Below are positions 58,615 to 64,000 of a stretch of DNA of 64,000 nucleotides, one piece after another. This stretch comes from Amoebophrya sp. A120. Taxonomy: Eukaryota > Protista > Dinoflagellata. Where the stretch lies: assembly GCA_905178155.1 (NCBI GenBank), contig CAJINV010000002.1:4277651-4341650 (forward strand), given 5' to 3'. Position numbers and translations under genes: made by a program. The notes beneath the pieces are model-generated. The model was not told the DNA's origin. It searched no databases and worked only from the letters and a program-made list of their open reading frames with translations. Position 1 is the stretch's first letter. Each line of letters starts with the position of its first letter.

Positions 58615-61600
58615 ATGGAGTCCGGGCGCATCTACGTCGACATCACGACGATTATTTTTCCGGTCTTCATGGGATGGAGCGCGGCGCTGTCGTTACTTTT
58701 TCCCGCCTTCTACAAAAAGTACTTCTGTTGCACTATGCGGAAACGGAAGGGCGATTCAGCATCTGATTCGCTGTACACAACGTCGTCATCCGGAATTATA
58801 AAAGCCTCATCGAAACAACAGAATAAAACTGGTACGAGAACAAAGAAGTCCGATAATGAAAGATCCGAGTTGAACAAAGTAGCCGGGCCCTGCTCTACTA
58901 CTTCGCCACATCAAGCAGACGCAGCAGTAGAGCCGGCGGCAGCGACGTCTGCAGAACCCGTTGTAGAGCCGAATGCAGTTGAAGAGACTGGAGCTCCATT
59001 TCCACACGGAGCTGCTGTGAATACCACTGCTAGTTCATCTTCATCCTGCTGCTCCACACCTACTTCGTCTCGCGGAGGTTCTTCAGGCAGAAACACGATT
59101 TTTACTTCCTCACCGACTTCGGCATCGAAGCTGCTCTTGGAGGAGAAGACAGATATCATGCAGCAGAACAAGGTAAACAACACGTCGGATAACGCTAGTA
59201 AAACCAAACAAGACGCTTCATTTTCATCAAAGCAAGGAGGATCGGCGAGTCGTTTAGAACACACAACAACTTCCTGGTTCAACATCATCTCTTCGGTCAA
59301 CCTGAAGAAGTTCCTCACCGACTACTGCGATTCCATCAAGGTTCCCATCGACTTACCGCCGCTTATGGGGCTCTCAAACGTTACATTCTCAACTGTATAG
59401 GTACATGATTTGTCATGCAAAACCACTATCACTATTCACACGACCAAGCCTTCTTTGCATGACAACTTCTCGACGCGCTAAAGAGCACTATAATCCGTCC
59501 CAAATCTGTAATGCAGAAGGCGCAATCCTCCTCCTTTCACTTTTACCACTCTTGCATTACAAATTCATGTAACAGTTGAGAGTGTAACGCTTGAGAACGC
59601 CATACCGCTCCCCATCACCGCGCAGCTGCCCGCGATCACTGTTTGGGTTTTGTTCTCCATCGCAGCAGAAGACGCGCTTTATATTGGGGTGTCGATTCCG
59701 ATTGCCGTTGCGGGGGTGGTATCCTGTGCAAAAATATCGTACTCGTAGGAATCGCAGTCATGCAATACAAATCTAGTTATCACGGTCAATCCGCATTACA
59801 AATTGCATCTGTAATGCTGAGCCAGTTTGTAATGCAATTTCTACTAGTACGATACTTTTGCAATGCATAGGTGGTGAATTTAATGATTTACCCGCTGGTC
59901 TACGACCGGGACAGGTAAGTACTTATAGAGCTGCTTGTTCTCGAGGACCTTGATGACCTTCTACTGCTTTATTGAGGAAACATAATTTAGCATGCTCTAC
60001 TAGAAGTACTAGCCCCAAGATGAACTCAGTACCTGCGCCGTTTTCTCATCATTTCATGCGCAAAAAACAAATGTTTATCTTCAGGTACTACCACCAGTTC
60101 CTCGCCCAGCTGGTAGTCGCGGTACTGATCATTTTTGCCTGCATTTTCTTTCTCGGGGTCGAAGATGCGGGTCTCTGCGCGACCTGGGCCAGCGTGCTCG
60201 GCGTCCCGTATTATACCTCCGCTTTGTTCGGGATGGCGACGGCGATTCGGGAAGGCAAGCCGGAAGCGTTGGGGTCGCTTACCATGAACTTCGCAGCGGT
60301 ATGAAAGCCTCAGGTTGGAAATCCTCAAAGTATAATTTGTATGTAATGCAAAAAAACGACTCCAGTTGAAGCGCAGTTTCAGTTTGTAGTCGGCGCATGA
60401 CAAATTTCCCGGGCACTTAAAGCATGTCTGTCATGCAGATTAAGGCAAAGGGGTGTCCTTCTCTCGTGCTAAGCAGCACTCCAATTCTTCACCCCTAGCA
60501 GGACAATAGTCGGCCTCCATTGCATCCTCTGCAATGCAGTCTTTTTTGCGTCGCATTTCATGCATCACAAATTATTTCCACTTTGAGGATTTCCATTCTG
60601 AGGCTTTCATAAGCGGTGTGCGCGGCGGCCAGCTGGATGCTGCAGGGGTTGTTGGTGGCGAACGTGATCTATGAACTGCAAAAGTATCGTACTCGTATAA
60701 ATGCATTCCAAATTTTCTCAGCACGAGAAAGAAAATTTGTAATGCTGATTTGCCTTGAGCTTGACGTAATGCAAGACCTGCATTTATACGAGTACGATAT
60801 TTTTGCACAGCATATGATCGAGTTGTTCATCGGCTGTCTGTGCTACACGATAATCAACGCTTGCGCACTAGTTTTGAACTTCTGTCTGCGGTCCGGGCCG
60901 GTGATTCAGACCATTTTGTCCAGTGGATCGGAAACGGAAAATATGGAAAATAATAAAACTGCTGGAGGACTGCAAGAGCAAGAGAAGCGCAGCAGCGACG
61001 CTTCATCTACGTCAAATGAAGACAGGAACAAGGATCTCGACAAGGCCAAAGAGGTAGAGTTCACAAGCACGACAAGTTCCTCTCGGGATCATTACTTCAA
61101 CAAAGTCGAATCTTCCTCTTCCTCCTCGCCGACGAAGGAGGGTACTGAAATTATGCTGTTGCGCAATGCAAGCACGACGAGCAATACAAGCACAGCCTTC
61201 TTCGAGGACCGGCCCAGTAACACGAGCACGCTGGCGTCGTCTGGTAGTGGCTATCAAATGTAAAAATGTCTGGGTCTGGAAATTTGTGATGCTGGGTGGC
61301 GTCTCATGATGAGGCCACAAGTGCTGGCGCAGCATGACAAGTTTCTGAGCTCCTGGGTGTTGCCTATTCTGCATGACAAACTGCGCTTCTGCATCACAGA
61401 AAAACGGAGCTCTTGGGTAACGTGCATGACAGATTTAAAGAGTCATGCCAGACAAGCATGACAAACATGCATTCTTCCAGACCCAGACACTTTTACATTT
61501 GATAGTGGCGGGTCAACGACGACTTTCCATGGCGCCGGTGGCGGTCCTCTCAGCAATACAAACTCCGCTTTGATGGTAACAACTCCCACAACCGCTGGCG

Positions 61601-61746
61601 CTGCAGGACAAGAGGGTATTAGTACCGCATCAACAGCATACGCGGCCCTCGCCAGCCAGGTATCCAAAAAACAGCACCCGCCCTCGCGCCCAAGCTTGGA
61701 GGATGTGTCGAAAGCGTTGGAACAGGTGGCAAGACCGTCGCTGTGA
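58615..61746 (+). CDS. SWEET/MtN3-like sugar transporter (~611 aa, divergent); 5 TIR elements and 1 GT-AG intron; an extra 5' exon near 58424-58514 is possible
   Basis: Reconstruction gives about 7 hydrophobic segments with MtN3-like repeats: LPPLPITAQLPAITVWVLFSIAAEDALYI and VLGVPYYTSALFGMATAIREGKPEALGSLTMNFAAVCAAASWMLQGLL. Confidence 0.68.
59364..59604. mobile_element. TIR introner-like element (GTTACATTCTCAACTG family)
   Basis: TATGGGGCTCTCAAACGTTACA...TGTAACGCTTGAGAACGCCATA, DR CCGCT. Confidence 0.93.
59720..59869. mobile_element. TIR introner-like element (TGCAAAAGTATC family)
   Basis: TIR plus DR GGTGG. Confidence 0.93.
59915..60084 (+). other. Canonical GT-AG intron
   Basis: AG|GTAAGT...TTCAG|G; frame kept (DRD-R-YYHQF). 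Confidence 0.85.
60300..60611. mobile_element. TIR introner-like element (TTGAAATCGACAAAGTTGAAA family)
   Basis: TATGAAAGCCTCAG...CTGAGGCTTTCATA, DR AGCGG. Confidence 0.94.
60670..60814. mobile_element. TIR introner-like element (TGCAAAAGTATC family, 145 bp)
   Basis: TIR plus DR TGATC. Confidence 0.93.
61252..61504. mobile_element. TIR introner-like element (TGTCTGGGTCTGGAA family)
   Basis: TIR plus DR GTGGC. Confidence 0.94.
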
Positions 61747-64000
61747 ACAAGGGACAGCGTTGTAGCGCTACTTTCTTCTACTTTTCGAACATCGAGAATA
61801 CAAAACTTGTTTTCTAGAAAGCTAGCACATTTCATTGAAAAACGTCATGTTTCTTCAAAAACTAACAGCATATTTTCCTACAGAACCTAGAGCTACTGAA
61901 AAACCCGCGATAAGTTACTACCCCACTACTTTTATCTCGGCATCTCTACCCACGCAAACAGGAATTTTATGGGTTGAAAATTTACCCGCAACGTGCACTA
62001 CCCCGCCTACGATACTGATGCTATGTAGCTGCTTTCCACAAGAATAAGAGGACCCTATACAAGTAGAAGCACCGCCTGGCCCGGCACTATGGCGCACAAG
62101 TGCCGCGCCGCCGCATTAGCCTGGAAGGTCGACTCAAGTTTGAGTGCAGGGCTTCGTAGGTCGTGCAGGGTAGTCTACATATCCCTGTACCATTGCTAAG
62201 AAGCGTGCACGTGGTGCGCATGACACCTGCCTTCTATTTTTACTCTAATTGCAACACCTCCAAATCCTCCCGAGGGCTGGAGGGGTCGTGTTTCGAATTT
62301 CTCTCTAAAAGATATTGACAGGTTTCCATCGAATTTTTCCACTAACAGATTTATTCCAAACTAAATTGCTTAAACCTGCCACCTGGGGTTAATCAATTCA
62401 ATATCCCAGCATCTGCGATATTGATACCTGTATAGCATGAAGCAGATCATGTTGACTTTACAATCCATTGGCATTGTCTTTTTGGCACTACAAGTACGAA
62501 GCGTTGCATTTTGTTGCATTTTTGTCTATTTCCTGCTGGTTGTGGTTGCCTGCTCTCGACGTCCTGAAAATTTGCGCGCAGCTGCTGCGCTGACCGCGGC
62601 TAGTTAGGCCGCGCGGGCGCTGCTGCCGCAAAACAACAGGATAGTTGAAGGTGCAGCAGCCTCGCAATCGCAACAGAAAGAACATTATCTCTCATTCTTA
62701 GTACATCTTCAAGATGAGCGGTCAAGGAGGAGCCGACTAGCGACCGAAAAGTAGTCTTTTTGTGACCGCTGGCACGCTTTATTTCTTGAAATTCACGATG
62801 AAAGATAGGACTTTCCTTTCACATACAGATTTGGACCAGGGAATAAATAGTATCAAAAAATCAACGCCTAAACGTAATCAGGAGGAGAATAAAAGCCTCT
62901 AAGTACTCCACTACGTCGTATGGGTACGAAAGGCAATAGTTCTAGAATTCCCCTTTTTGCAGCAGCTGCTACACGCCGATCATACCTACCAACCTGAGTG
63001 TGAACCTTATTCAAAAAAAAAATACCTATCCTTTTCCGTTTCGTCCGTATATTTTCTTCGTTTCGAGCTTTTCCTGTCTACACGTCCACGCACGCGCACC
63101 CATACCGAAACCACCAAAAGAACATCTCGGGTAGATGTCAAAAATGCAATGAATCGATTTCAATTTTGTAGAGTTTCTTTTTGAAAGATTTGAAGCTACT
63201 TGTGGTCAGATGGACCAACATAGAACTTATGCTTATCCAAAGCGCCTGCGCTGCCTGATGAAGAGTGCAAGGGCGTTATCCTTATGCTAGACGTGTTGCA
63301 AAGGATGCCAGTCATTCTCGTTCTTGGCGCTCTTCCACAGTGCATCTGCATCGGTAGCACGACTAAAAACCTCGGTAGCACGACTTGAGTCCTCGGTCTT
63401 GCTCTGACTGCGGTTCACAAATGAGATGGAGTCTCATCTCATCGTGTGCGGACAAAAGTCAAAAGAGCGTAGGCGGTTCGTGCTGTAATTTGGTGAAAAA
63501 CGACGTAGGAGCGGCGTGCAGTTTAATTGTCGCACTCGTCCTGTCCTCTGACAAACAAATGAGGAAAAAATACTTCTTTTGATGACTCGTCGGACCGTTA
63601 TGGTTATGCTGGTCGTGCACATTATTCCCCGGTGGTACTCGGTCTAACCGTCCTCGCAGCAGCATTAGTATATTTTTCGGTTCTCATCGTGCGCCCAAGT
63701 GTTGTTCGTCGTTCGTGCGTGCTATCGTAGTTCGCTTCTGACAATAAAGGAACACAAGCACGCGTAGTAGCAGGAAGTCGTCGTTCCATACGTCCTATAT
63801 TACTGTTTGTTTTTCATCTTCGTAGTTGTTCTCAATAACGCGTCTTGTCGTCCATATAGCTAGTAATACAGGACCATGACCACTGTGTTAATACCCATGT
63901 GTATGCTACGAAGGCTATCATTATGTTGTGTTATAGCTTTACCCACCCAACTCCAAGACTTGTAAGTAAATTAAGTAAGCAAAAATTTGTAGCCCTCCCA

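Noticed and set aside
6271-61504. Recurrent ORF peptides such as LPDPDIFAFD, KMSGSGR, CLGLE, QKYRTR and YDTFAMH suggesting a repeat-protein family
   Set aside because: They are translations of the element TIRs in different frames, not host protein.
61655-61675. GCCAGGTATCCAAAAAAC resembles an element left end
   Set aside because: There is no partner end or internal motif, and the frame is open to the stop at 61746.
1-64000. Autonomous transposase or recombinase, tRNA/rRNA genes, dinoflagellate spliced-leader relics
   Set aside because: None recognised by eye. Absence is not proven without HMM and covariance-model searches.

Overview
Eukaryotic genomic window, most likely from the parasitic dinoflagellate Amoebophrya (inferred from gene style and introner-type non-canonical introns; no search was run). 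The dominant feature is about 45 short non-coding elements, mostly 121-345 bp. Each runs 5'-TAY...RTA-3', has imperfect terminal inverted repeats (TIRs), is flanked by a 5-bp direct repeat (DR) of host sequence, and carries multiple copies of a shared GCATNACA motif. All complete copies I found lie inside coding sequence. Removing each element plus one DR copy, together with four conventional introns and one MITE, restores uninterrupted ORFs at all 43 plus-strand sites: CstF-64 (4474-8680, 9 elements, ~494 aa), a bacterial-type C5 DNA methyltransferase (9613-14198, 1 element plus a TAA-flanked Harbinger-like MITE), a ~4016-aa low-complexity protein with a DUF4326-like domain (30105-47649, 19 elements), a ~1554-aa hypothetical protein (50653-57150, 9 elements) and a SWEET-like transporter (58615-61746, 5 elements). 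Copies of one family occur in both orientations in same-strand genes, and about 37 of 43 cannot be made GT/GC-AG. Removal therefore appears orientation-independent and non-canonical, either by structure-guided splicing or by DNA excision. No transposase or recombinase gene is visible. Two decayed minus-strand loci, a nested retro-like insert, several unexplained repeats and a 100-N gap are also present. All coordinates and counts were read by eye.
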